Below are positions 27,086-38,100 of a DNA stretch of 64,000 nucleotides, piece after piece; positions within the stretch are counted from its first letter, which is position 1; each line of letters begins with the position of its first letter. The stretch comes from a virus. The stretch lies in the IMG/VR virus record IMGVR_UViG_3300025168_000049, positions 1 through 64,000 of that record. The stretch is one strand, 5' to 3'. The position numbers and the translations under genes were made by a program. The notes under the pieces are model-generated. The model worked only from the letters and a program-made list of their open reading frames with translations. It was not told the DNA's origin and searched no databases.

Positions 27086-28534
27086 ATGGCAATAAGCGGA
27101 ACTAACATAAGCGTTCAGAAAGCCTACTATAATGACAGTCAAATGACTGACATGAATAGTTTGGCTAATGCACTCTTATCTAAACCAACCGAGTTGTCAC
27201 CTATAATCACGCACCTTTCAGGAAAAGATGATAAACGTTTTCCTCTTTCGTTCTTAACAGAGGGGGTAGGAAACGTAAAATCTATTGATAGATTGGAGTA
27301 TGAATATAGAGTGAAAACTCACACTTTAAAAACAAGACCTGTAGCAGTAACAAATAGTGGTATTACTGCAAACACAACTTTTGGAGGAACATTTGAACTG
27401 GTATTTCCAGACAAATGGTTTATCTTCCCATACGTATTGATTAATGCGGCGGGAGAACAGGCAAGAATCATGGCAGAACCAGTACAATCTGCTGGAGGAC
27501 AATGGAAATACTCTATGCAATTAGTAGATCCATCACCAACATCTTCACTTTCTACTGGATTTACAAATGGAGATCTTTGGGCTCAATTATATGCACCTGT
27601 AGGAGTAGACTTCTCTAGAGGGAATGCAGCTAACTGGGAAACTCCAGGGAAAGTAAGAAACAAAATTGGTACTGTTAGAAAATCTTACCACATGTCTGGG
27701 CATGCTAAAGACTTTGTGGCAGAATTTGCTCTACCTACTAAAGGTGGAAAAAGTACTAAACTTTGGATGGACTACGAAGAATATAATCACATGTTAAACT
27801 TCAAAGAAGAGTGTGAAATGTTTTACTGGTACGGACAAAAAACTTACGATTCAAACGGTCAAAACGCTATGCGTGATGAAAATGGCCAACCTGTAATCGT
27901 AGGTCCTGGTCTTTTGGAACAAATCATCAATACGGATACATATTCTACGATGACTGAAACAAAGATCAAAAATATTATTGGCGATTTATTCTATGGAATG
28001 ACTGATGCTAATAAAAAGCAAGTTACCCTATATACGGGAACTGGAGGAGCGCGTGAATTTGATGAAGCTCTTAAAAATCACTTTTCTGGAACTGCAGGAG
28101 GATGGAAAGTTGGTGGAGAGAATAGATTCATCACAGGATCTGGAAGATCATTAGGTATGAGTGGTTACTTTACTTCGTATGAGCATGTAGATGGCCATAC
28201 TGTAAATGTAGTTAAATTACCTTTATTTGATCACGGTCCAGTAGCACAAGCTCGTACAAAGCACCCTGTTACAGGTTATTCACTTGAGTCTTACAGAATG
28301 GTATTTGTTGATCAATCAAATTATGATGGTCAGGCAAACCTACAAATGATCTCTAAGAAAGGTCGTGAGATGATGAGATGGTGTGTAGCTGGTTCAGTAG
28401 TACCTAGAGGATTTGATTCATCTTCTTCTAGAGCGTCTGATGTTGACGGTGCTAGCGTTCACATGTTAAAAACTGCAGGTATTGTATTAAGAAGATTTGA
28501 TACTTCACTTGACATTACATGTATCGCTGAATAA
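27086..28534 (+). CDS. Major capsid protein (crAss-type HK97 fold)
   Basis: 482 aa, synteny, G.GLLEQI and TG.GG..EF motifs typical of crAss-like capsid proteins; strong hairpin downstream. Confidence 0.85.
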   Translation: MAISGTNISVQKAYYNDSQMTDMNSLANALLSKPTELSPIITHLSGKDDKRFPLSFLTEGVGNVKSIDRLEYEYRVKTHTLKTRPVAVTNSGITANTTFGGTFELVFPDKWFIFPYVLINAAGEQARIMAEPVQSAGGQWKYSMQLVDPSPTSSLSTGFTNGDLWAQLYAPVGVDFSRGNAANWETPGKVRNKIGTVRKSYHMSGHAKDFVAEFALPTKGGKSTKLWMDYEEYNHMLNFKEECEMFYWYGQKTYDSNGQNAMRDENGQPVIVGPGLLEQIINTDTYSTMTETKIKNIIGDLFYGMTDANKKQVTLYTGTGGAREFDEALKNHFSGTAGGWKVGGENRFITGSGRSLGMSGYFTSYEHVDGHTVNVVKLPLFDHGPVAQARTKHPVTGYSLESYRMVFVDQSNYDGQANLQMISKKGREMMRWCVAGSVVPRGFDSSSSRASDVDGASVHMLKTAGIVLRRFDTSLDITCIAE

Positions 28535-28570
28535 AGGAAGGCATTAATTTGCGTCTATATATATTGGTTT

Positions 28571-28614
28571 TTAATTAAGGTTGTGGGGGAGCAATCCCTC
28601 ACGGCTTTGATTAA
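28571..28614 (+). terminator. Long GCAA-tetraloop hairpin after capsid gene (terminator or stabiliser)
   Basis: ~20-bp stem with G-U pairs on plus strand; no clear U-tract. Confidence 0.6.
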
Positions 28615-28675
28615 ATAATTATACGGAGAGTTATACTTTACATCCACTTAATTTAAACTTTAAAAGTACTATATT

Positions 28676-29485
28676 ATGAGTAAGAAAATTTTTTTAAGAA
28701 GGAAAGAGGTAATGAACCATTTACCTAAAGAAGTACGCGCTGAAGCAACAGTAAAATTAAGCAGTGTGTATGTAAATCGCCAACCATTAAAAGCTTTTGA
28801 TCCTAAAGAGGAAGCAAAATATTTAAATGGTATTTTAGATGTTGCACCCGATCATCAAGATTGGCCTAAACATTCTAAAACATACTGGGCAGAAATGTCT
28901 ATCCCTGTAGGTTTTACAGGAGTAGAACTTGAAATTGGTACTGATGATGATGATAACCCATTGCAGATTATAGATTTTATAAAATATAGGTTTGCAATTA
29001 AACATCCTCATGTAGCACTAACTAAAGAAGAAGCAGATGGAAACTCAATGAAACGTTTTTACATCTGGGATACTAAAAGAGATGATGTCGTTAAAAATAA
29101 GGACATACAATTAAAGAAAGATGCCTCTAGAGTATTTATTAAGTTGTCTGATGATTTAAAGTCAATGCGAAGAGTATTACGTATTATGTCTGATGTAAAT
29201 CCGGACCTTTTAAGTAGAGAACAAGTAGAGAATGCTTTATATTCTTACATGGAGAAGACTCCAGCAAAATTTATAAAGATTGCTACAGACTCAAACTTAG
29301 GAGTAAAAGCAGAAATAGAAGAAATGGTTTCTGCAGGAGTGTTACGAAAGATAGGTAATCAAATTATTTTCATTGATGAAGTAATTGGAGAAACTATGGA
29401 GAATGCAGTAGTTTATTTAAAAAACAAAAAGAACTCAGGAACATTAACTATTCTTAGAGCTAAATTGAAGGAAATAGCGATTTAA
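28676..29485 (+). CDS. crAss-like conserved protein downstream of capsid gene
   Basis: Synteny; intact 269-aa ORF. Confidence 0.65.
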   Translation: MSKKIFLRRKEVMNHLPKEVRAEATVKLSSVYVNRQPLKAFDPKEEAKYLNGILDVAPDHQDWPKHSKTYWAEMSIPVGFTGVELEIGTDDDDNPLQIIDFIKYRFAIKHPHVALTKEEADGNSMKRFYIWDTKRDDVVKNKDIQLKKDASRVFIKLSDDLKSMRRVLRIMSDVNPDLLSREQVENALYSYMEKTPAKFIKIATDSNLGVKAEIEEMVSAGVLRKIGNQIIFIDEVIGETMENAVVYLKNKKNSGTLTILRAKLKEIAI

Positions 29486-30634
29486 ATGAATATAACAAAT
29501 ATGCATATAGCAATTCAGCAAGGAGTGGATAAAATCAATTCACTCCAAGCTGATATGCTTTTACCTCAAGAGATAGATATGGAAATTAATAAAGCTCAAA
29601 TGAAATTTATTAATTCTAAATACGGTAAGAACAATGTTTATAGGAAAGGTTTTGAGATGAACCAAAAAAGAATTGATGATCTCAGAACATTAGTAACTGA
29701 TCATGTTGGAAATTGTACTTATAAAGGACAAGTTTTACAAGGGATGAATCAGACTTTTCATGCAGACACTGTACAATTACCTACTGATTATATGTATTTA
29801 GTTAGTCAGCAGTCTCATGTATGGTTAAATAATTGCTTAACAATGTCGTCCTATATGATTTATCCGGATCCATTATATTATTTTAGAGTTAGCTTACAAG
29901 ATTTTATATGTGATGAAGGTACTTATATTGTAGATGATATAAAATTATATCAAGATGCAGGAGATGGTACTAATCTTAATATAGAAACATTATGGACTAA
30001 TCCTGGTTATGTTATTAGTGTAGCCGGTGATATTGAAATAGCTAGAACATCCTTTAATGGAGTATCTACAGCAGCACAAACAACTTGGTGGGAAGAATAT
30101 TCTCCATCTGCATTAGCACATCCAGGAGAATTTATTGTAGTAGTTAATCCTACAAATCTACCATGGACGTTTAATGCTGATCCTGACGCAGGAGTTGTTA
30201 CAACTTTAGTAGGACGTAATGGAAGTACACATGTATCTGCCGCAAGGCCATTAGTTTTAGGAACAAACTATGATGAAAAAAGATACCCTGCAGCGTTTAG
30301 TAATCAGTTAGTAGTAAATAATACTTTTGTCCAGCACGATGATATATTTGCTATGTTACCTGATCCATTTAATACGACTGCATATACAGACCCTCTTACA
30401 ACAATGAGAGATAAATATTTAGATATATATACAGATGACACTTTTATAATAGACAAAGTTAATATTACGTATATAAGAGAACCAGCAGAAATTTCACTAC
30501 CTTTGCTGCAGAGCTGTGAGTTGCCAGAACATACACATCTAGAAATTGTAGATATGGCAATAAGTAGCATACTTGAGGGACTTAGTGACCCTCGTTATAA
30601 AACTCAACAATTAGAGTTGGGTAAGAATGAATAA
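29486..30634 (+). CDS. Head-tail connector/ring protein with internal insertion
   Basis: EID..IN.AQ..F, GFE..QKRIDDLR.L, LP.DY, Y.R.P, CELPEH.H.EIVD.A. Confidence 0.7.
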   Translation: MNITNMHIAIQQGVDKINSLQADMLLPQEIDMEINKAQMKFINSKYGKNNVYRKGFEMNQKRIDDLRTLVTDHVGNCTYKGQVLQGMNQTFHADTVQLPTDYMYLVSQQSHVWLNNCLTMSSYMIYPDPLYYFRVSLQDFICDEGTYIVDDIKLYQDAGDGTNLNIETLWTNPGYVISVAGDIEIARTSFNGVSTAAQTTWWEEYSPSALAHPGEFIVVVNPTNLPWTFNADPDAGVVTTLVGRNGSTHVSAARPLVLGTNYDEKRYPAAFSNQLVVNNTFVQHDDIFAMLPDPFNTTAYTDPLTTMRDKYLDIYTDDTFIIDKVNITYIREPAEISLPLLQSCELPEHTHLEIVDMAISSILEGLSDPRYKTQQLELGKNE

Positions 30635-30658
30635 TTATTAATATAAAAATTAGAAAAG

Positions 30659-31597
30659 ATGAGACAAGTTTTAATCGGAGACGATGTGCTATCAACTGCC
30701 GCAGGAGGTGTAGAAGCACAAGTAATTAACCCTGCAACTGGACTAGCTATTCCAATGGCTGCTTCTATGGTTTATGGAACAAATGGTACTGCTAATACAC
30801 ACCAATTTATAAGATTTATCAGACAAGGTGCTGCTGGTGTTGCTGATATAGTAACTCCATGGATTGATGGTGCACATATCAATTATTATGATGGTGTATC
30901 AGGTACAATTGATGTTGCACAAGCAATGACATTAACGTATACTGCTGCAACTACTGCTGGAGATATTACTACAAAGTTAATTGATACTAGTTCTGGTACT
31001 GAGCCTTTCACAAGATATAGTTGTGAGGTTGCTTCTGGTGCTTCTGGTACTACAGCTGCTGCTAATACTGCTGCACAAATGACTGCTGATATTACTTCAG
31101 GTAAGTTAAAAGGCGTAGCAACTGCTGCTAATGTTGGTGCTACTCTTACAGTAACAGGATTATTATACACTGGATCAGGTGAAGCAAAAGTTGCACCTGC
31201 TAAGTTTGTAAGTGCTTTTGAAGACAGTGGTCTAACAGGAGTTACATGTACTGAAGCTGGTACACAATACGTAAAAAATTCAGGAGCTGGGAATTATATC
31301 CTAGATCTAGAAAAAGAAGTACAAGGAATGAGCTACGGATACTACAATAGAATCTCAATGCCTAATGTTCCAGATACTTTTGCTGCTGTGGGTACAATTT
31401 ATGATGTATACACATTAACATGGGGTAACACTTCAGCTGGACAAATAAGAGGGGTAGATAATTTAAGAGACCTTAAAATTTGTACACCTGCTGGAGCTGG
31501 TACTTGGGCACAAACTGCTGGATTTGAAGCTTTCCTTGACAATTGGTTAGCAACAGTTCCTGCACTTAATTACACTGCTGGACAAGTAGCATTATAA
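30659..31597 (+). CDS. Putative auxiliary capsid/decoration protein
   Basis: A/G/T-rich structural composition, synteny, own terminator. Confidence 0.5.
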   Translation: MRQVLIGDDVLSTAAGGVEAQVINPATGLAIPMAASMVYGTNGTANTHQFIRFIRQGAAGVADIVTPWIDGAHINYYDGVSGTIDVAQAMTLTYTAATTAGDITTKLIDTSSGTEPFTRYSCEVASGASGTTAAANTAAQMTADITSGKLKGVATAANVGATLTVTGLLYTGSGEAKVAPAKFVSAFEDSGLTGVTCTEAGTQYVKNSGAGNYILDLEKEVQGMSYGYYNRISMPNVPDTFAAVGTIYDVYTLTWGNTSAGQIRGVDNLRDLKICTPAGAGTWAQTAGFEAFLDNWLATVPALNYTAGQVAL

Positions 31598-31613
31598 TAG
31601 TATTACTAATAAC

Positions 31614-31649
31614 GGTTATGAGGGGGTCAAACCCTTCATAACCTTTTTT
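31614..31649 (+). terminator. Intrinsic terminator
   Basis: GGTTATGAGGGG/CCCTTCATAACC stem followed by T6. Confidence 0.8.
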
Positions 31650-31663
31650 AAAAAATTTAATAT

Positions 31664-32164
31664 ATGTCAATAATATCAACTGTAGCTGACGATTGCGCTT
31701 ATGTGCAAACGGATATAACTATGGTCTCTGTAAATGCAGGTCAAATTCAAGTCATTGATTATTCAGGAACTTTTGTGCAAAGTAATACAGCGCATACTCC
31801 TTCAGGAATCAGTGTTACAGATACTAAATATGTAACTTTGCCTGGGAATGGCGTTTATACAGTACAATTTTATGATACAGTCACAAGTACAGTTACTGCA
31901 TCCTCTTCAATAGTTGTAGCCTGTGATATAGATTGCTGTATTGCCAAACAAGTAAATGAATTAATTGATTGTGCATGTGAATGCCACAGATGTTCTAAAG
32001 CTCTTGCTAAGGCACAAGAAGTATATTTACTTTTATACTCTGCTAAAACAGCAGCCGGTAAGGTAGATATCTCAACAGCAGCTGGAGGTTATCAACAGGA
32101 CGCTTACAACAAATATAAAAAAGCAAAAGAATTGTGTGATCTGACATGTGGGTGTAACTGTTAA
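31664..32164 (+). CDS. Structural protein with Cys-rich C-terminus
   Basis: Beta-rich N-terminus; CDIDCC, CACECHRC, CDLTCGCNC. Confidence 0.6.
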   Translation: MSIISTVADDCAYVQTDITMVSVNAGQIQVIDYSGTFVQSNTAHTPSGISVTDTKYVTLPGNGVYTVQFYDTVTSTVTASSSIVVACDIDCCIAKQVNELIDCACECHRCSKALAKAQEVYLLLYSAKTAAGKVDISTAAGGYQQDAYNKYKKAKELCDLTCGCNC

Positions 32165-32173
32165 AAGTAAATT

Positions 32174-35100
32174 ATGGCGGCAGATTTAAAAATTCTTTTT
32201 GAAACCATAATTACCAAGGCTAACGTTACGGCGCCGGGTGATGGGGATAATCAAGCACAACTAACAGTTAGTGTTTCTGGTTGTTCTACTATGAGGCTTG
32301 TTTCAATACAAGATATCACTTCTGCTGTTGTTCTTTGTGAAACCGGTGAAAATGTAATTGCAACAGCTCCTACTTATGGATCCCATTCTAATTCTGATAC
32401 TGATTGGGGTATAATAAAGTATGAGGATTTCATGATAGGAGATTGTCTAAACTGTGCCTGGAGTAGAACAATACGAGTTAATATCCAGGATCCACTAGGT
32501 TTTTATCCAGATGAATTCATTGACAGACAAATTTGGTTTGCTCCCGCTTATTATAATTATGCAGCGGTAAATACAACTCATGCTGACTATAATACTAGTG
32601 TTACCTGTGGAAATCTACAATTACATAATGATCTACCTTATTGTCCTACTGGTCTTCAACCAACATCTTGTGTAAGTCCTTTTGCTGACGGTACTTGGTA
32701 TGGATCAAATGTAGACTGTAGAGGATCTGCTGATTGTCCTGCAGCTAGTACTTGTGATCCAACTACTGTTAATAATCATTTTACTTTTAGATACGCTAAA
32801 GCTGTAACAGACCCTTTTGGTGCGATAGCTGGGTTAGTAACTAGTAAAGTAGTTAATGTTTCAAATACTTATAGAGTCGATACTGCCATACAAGAAAGTG
32901 TGCTAAACGACGCGTTTGGATCTGGAACAGAAGAGTTTGAAACATGGACTATTTCTGGAGGAGAAAGTATATATTGGTGGAATAGTGGTTTAACAAATGC
33001 GGCTGTAACAACAGCTGGAGCTGGTGGATCAGCCACTAGTTTTACTTGGGATGATCTTTTACAAACTTTCCATTGGCATTGTTATGGTAATTCTGCTAAT
33101 CCATGTGTAAGCCCTCCGTGTGTTCCGTCTAATGCTTTAGATATTAAGAGGGAGGGAGACGCTTTAGTTCAATACAATTTAGTTATTTCGAGGTACTACA
33201 ATGTCAGTTGTAATAACACTGGTAGTAAATGTAGTAATATGTTACAATGGTCTGAAATATGTGATCCAGATACACCACCTAATATAAATGTTTCGTTGGG
33301 ACCTCATCAGGATCTGAATAATGTTACAGTTACAGCAACTACAGGAATAGCTGCACCTGTTATTACTAATCTTACTCCTATTTGTGGGCCAGTTAATAAT
33401 CCAACTTTAGTTTATACTGGTCTTCCTGGTACAATTCTTGAGGCTACTGGAGAATGTTCATATACCCAAACAGATTTTACTCCTCCTTGTACTATGCCGT
33501 GTACATTTACACCTCCAACTTGGGGTGTAGCTAATTGTGGGGGAGGAGCTATAACACCGGCAACTGATATTTATGCTTGGTATGATATGACATCTTGGAC
33601 CTCTTTGGAAGTTGTCAGTACATTTCTTACTTTAACAGAATATTGTTTTGGGCCTGGTGGATTACAATCTAATGGATGGACTGGTAAATTACATAATATA
33701 TTAGGATCTACTGAAAGATTTGTAAACTGGGCAACATACCCAATGGATGGTACATTAAACAATGCGCAACCACTACCCGCTGGACATTATCCAGTGTCAA
33801 TAGCTGCTAACTACGGTCCTGCCTCTAAAATATTAAGAGTAGCTTCGTGGGTTGTATATCATGATCCTACCAGCGGTAATCCTCAAAATAATTGGTACAC
33901 ACAAACTACCGCAACTAATAATAGTACTGCTACTTTATTAGATATTAGAATGGATGCGGGGGGTAATTTGTTACCAATGTCTAGTTGGACATATCTTGAT
34001 GCAGATCAATTAGATTATGCAATGGTATCAGGTGCGCCTGCGCCTGCGTCAGCATATTTGGCTCCAGGATTTGGATGGCAGGGAGGTTCTGTTATACCCT
34101 TACCGGGTACACTACCATCAAATGGAGTGGGATTAAATCTTATCTTTTTAGATGAGGCAGCGTCAGGTACACAACCTTATCAATATGCTAATCAAACAAG
34201 TGCTAGAGGACCTTACTTTTTTAATACTGTATATAATTCAACTACAACTACGACAAGTTGGTTGGCTCCTAAACCTGCATATATGGCGGATTATGATCTT
34301 TTTGTAAGTTTATATGAAGCTTTTAGAGCAGGGGGAGGACAAATATACTCTTTTGTATATCCTAGTAAGGCGAGTTCTAATGCCGCTTTAAATCAGACAG
34401 CAGGTTTTCCAAATTTTTGTACTGCCGCTATTTTTAGTGGAAATAGAGATACAGATGCTAAAAATAATCCAGCATATACAGATGCAGCTCTAAACGAAGG
34501 AGTAGGTGGAGTAGGAACAGGTCTTAAAGATGGGCATTGGGAATTTGGTACTGTTGATGCTATACACCCTAATGGAAATCCTGTATTTCAACCTCCACAT
34601 CAATATGTATTTGAACCTGAATGGACTATTGGTTCTGCTATGTGGCTAGCTGGGAATGCTGTAAATCCAACTGACTATCCGATTATTGGTATTGCTAGTA
34701 CTTTAGGAGTTCATATGGCAAATCCTATGAGAAGAAATGTTCTTTGGGACGCACCAAATACAACTACCGTTGCTACAACTTATGGAGGATCAACAGGTAC
34801 ACGAGCATGGAGGCCTGGAGAGCATGATTATGGATATGGAGGTTTAGATAACTATCAATGGGATGCAAATGTAGCTTGTGCGCCTTTTACCCTATCTACA
34901 TTTGATGAAGACCTTACACAATATATAGAGAATGAATTTGGATCAGGAGGTCCATGTAGTGGTGCACATTGTATAACAATAGAAGTAACTGATGATGCTG
35001 GAATACCAATACCAAATTATCCTATTACACATAATTTAGATTCAGCTGGTGTTGTACCTGTAGGAACTACAAATGCTTTAGGAATCTTTCAATATAGTTT

Positions 35101-38100
35101 AGGACCTGGAGCAATCCCTACTACTAGTTGTGTAATCAACAGCTGTATGGATATAATGATTAATAATGCTGCTAATGGAGGATCTGCACCTAGTGGAGGA
35201 ACCATGGGTGATTGTAAACAAACTAGAATACAGATATTTTTAGCTAAAAGTACTTTTGTAGTTGGTGCAAATATAACTGCTCCGTGTTGTCCTACTATAG
35301 GATGTATGGATCCGTTAGCATGTAACTATGACTCTTCTGCGTGTGTGCCTTGTGATTCTACCCCACCAGATGGCACGGGTGCAAGTACAGTACCTGGATC
35401 TTTAGGTGAATGTTGTATATATACTGCAGGATGTACTGACCCTAATGCTAATAATTATGATGCTACTGCTACGAATGATTGTGGTTGTAATATTCTAGAT
35501 ACAACTCCTGGCTCAGCTTATATGGTTGCAGGAACACCGCAATCAGGTCAAACTAATTATGGAGATACATCTTGTTGTTTATATTCAGGTTGTTTAGATC
35601 CAAGTTCAGTAAGTTATAATCCGGTTAGCGCTCATATAGGTTGTAATAGTACAACTGGAGTCCCTACTTTATATCCTGTACCAAGTATTCCAGGAATTGT
35701 TTCTGTAGCTACTTCGTACCCTGACTGCTGTCCAAGTACAAAAATGAATTGTTGTAATCCTAAATTTATATTAAATGGGTCTTCAGTAAATCCTCCAGGT
35801 ATGAGTGGATGTGACTTTTCTTACATATTCGATCCTTCATGCCAAGGTTTAAATACTCCTGGTTTAACAACTGTTACAAATTGGGATTATACATTAGAAA
35901 TATGGGATCCAATAGGAATGTGGTGGTTGCAAGTAGGCGCAACAACTAATGTTGTTGGTAACACTTTTACTCCTGTAGAATTTCAATATGCATGTGCTAC
36001 TGTTAATAGTTTTGGATCAGTAGCGGTAGATGATTTTACTGCTGGTGATGGTTATTATAGAGTAGTACTGAATGTTTGGTTTAGTGATGGAACATCTTGT
36101 CAAGAAGCGACGGATGCTCTTTGGAACACAGCAGATAATATAACTTTTGGTACATGTGGATGTACAAATCCTTTAGCTACTAATTACAATGCAGCAGCAA
36201 CTTGTCCTTGTAATGATGCAGGAGTTCCTAATGATTGTTGTCTAGGTGTTTCTGGGTGTACATCATATGGATGTATAGATACAGCAGCTGGTCCAAATCC
36301 AGATGTAAATGGACTTGATAGTACTCTTACTGCTTGTACTTATCCTTGTGCAAATGGTTATGCTGCTTTAAATTATGACCCTGCTATAGCAGTAGGATGT
36401 CCTTGTGATGCTGCAGGAACAGCACTAGGGACTGCTCCAGGACAATGTTGTACATATTGTGTGTATGGATGTAATGATCCTTCAGCTGCTAATTACAATC
36501 CACTTGCTACATGTGATGCAGTTAAAACATGTAATGCGGCAGGTACTGGATGTTGTATATGGTGGCATGTCTGGGAAAACTGTTCTACTGGAGAGAAGAT
36601 ATCTATTGGAGATACTACAGTAGGACCTACAATGGATGTGTACGATAATAATACAGCGCATGCTAATATAGAAGCAGCTTACGGAGGGTCAATTCCTGTT
36701 GGGCAAGCAGCTAAGTTTGATTATGTTGATCCAATATCTGGAGTAATAACTACTAAAGATTGTTGGCAGTATAATGGGCAGTTTAGTGTTTTTGAAAATT
36801 ATTTAAACCCAGGAAATATAACTACACACGCAAGTTTCTATGTAGATACAACAATTGTGGGAGGATCAAGTGGAGGAGATTGTAGTGCATGTGCTAGCCC
36901 TTGTCCACTAGGACAAATAGAAGTTGAGCTTCTTATGACTGATGATAATCTATCAGGATCAGGACTAGGCTGGGATGGTTGGGAAGTGACGTTTACAGGA
37001 CAAAATACTGGAGCTGTCTATGGGCCATTTACTATTAATTCAGGATCAGCTGGATTCCAACGTTTATGTATGAAAGAAGATTGTTACACTAATACTGTAG
37101 TAGATACAACTAGTAGTAGCGTAGGAAATACTGATCTTATGCAGTTTGAAATTGTAGATACAGCATCAGGTGTAAGTTTAACAGGTCCACATGGTATAGG
37201 TATAGTTCAATTTCAACTAGGCTCAGCATACACTTGTTGTATATACGGTTGTATGAATTCTCTTAATAATTTCTATGACCCATCAGCTACTTGTCATTGT
37301 GATGATACAGATCCACAAGCTTTACTTTTAGGTCCAGCATGTGTAGGAAGTCAAAGTGGTCCTGATTGTTGTTGTGAAGAGTGTGTTTTTGGATGCACAG
37401 ATCCGAGCGCACATAATTTTGATCCTTTAGCTACTTGTGATTGTGATATTTCAGGAACAGCTCAAGGTAATAATGAGTGCTGTTGTTTTGATGATGGATG
37501 TCCAGATAATTATACTGTTCATGGATATAGTAATCCTACAGGTGCTTGTAACTATAATCCTTTAGCATGCGCAGATTGTAATGCTAATGTAGGAGGAAGT
37601 GATACAAGCTGTTGTCATTATCCAGGTTGTACAGATCCATCAGCTACAAACTACGATTCATCAGCTACATGCCCATGTAATGGAACTACTGGGATTCCAG
37701 GTGTAGATAATGATTGTTGTACTTATTGTGTTTATGGTTGTATGAATCCAGGAGCGGCTAACTATGATCCGTTAGCTACTTGTCCATGTGACGCAACAAA
37801 TGTAGGATGTACTACAAGTGGAGTACCTACAGCTTGTTCAGGTCCAGGAGTAGGGTGGGGACAATGTTGTGATATAGGTATTGCAGGATGTATGGATGGA
37901 GGACTTACAGGATATACAGCAGCTTTAGGATTTGGTTCTGCAGATGATGGAATCACTGCTTTAAACTATAATGCTTTAGCTACTGTTGATGATGGTTCTT
38001 GTGTATATTGTACATATGGATGTACAAATTCATCTTTTACTAACTATGATCCATCAGCAGGATGTGCTTGTGACGATGCTGATCCTAATTCTTTAATATT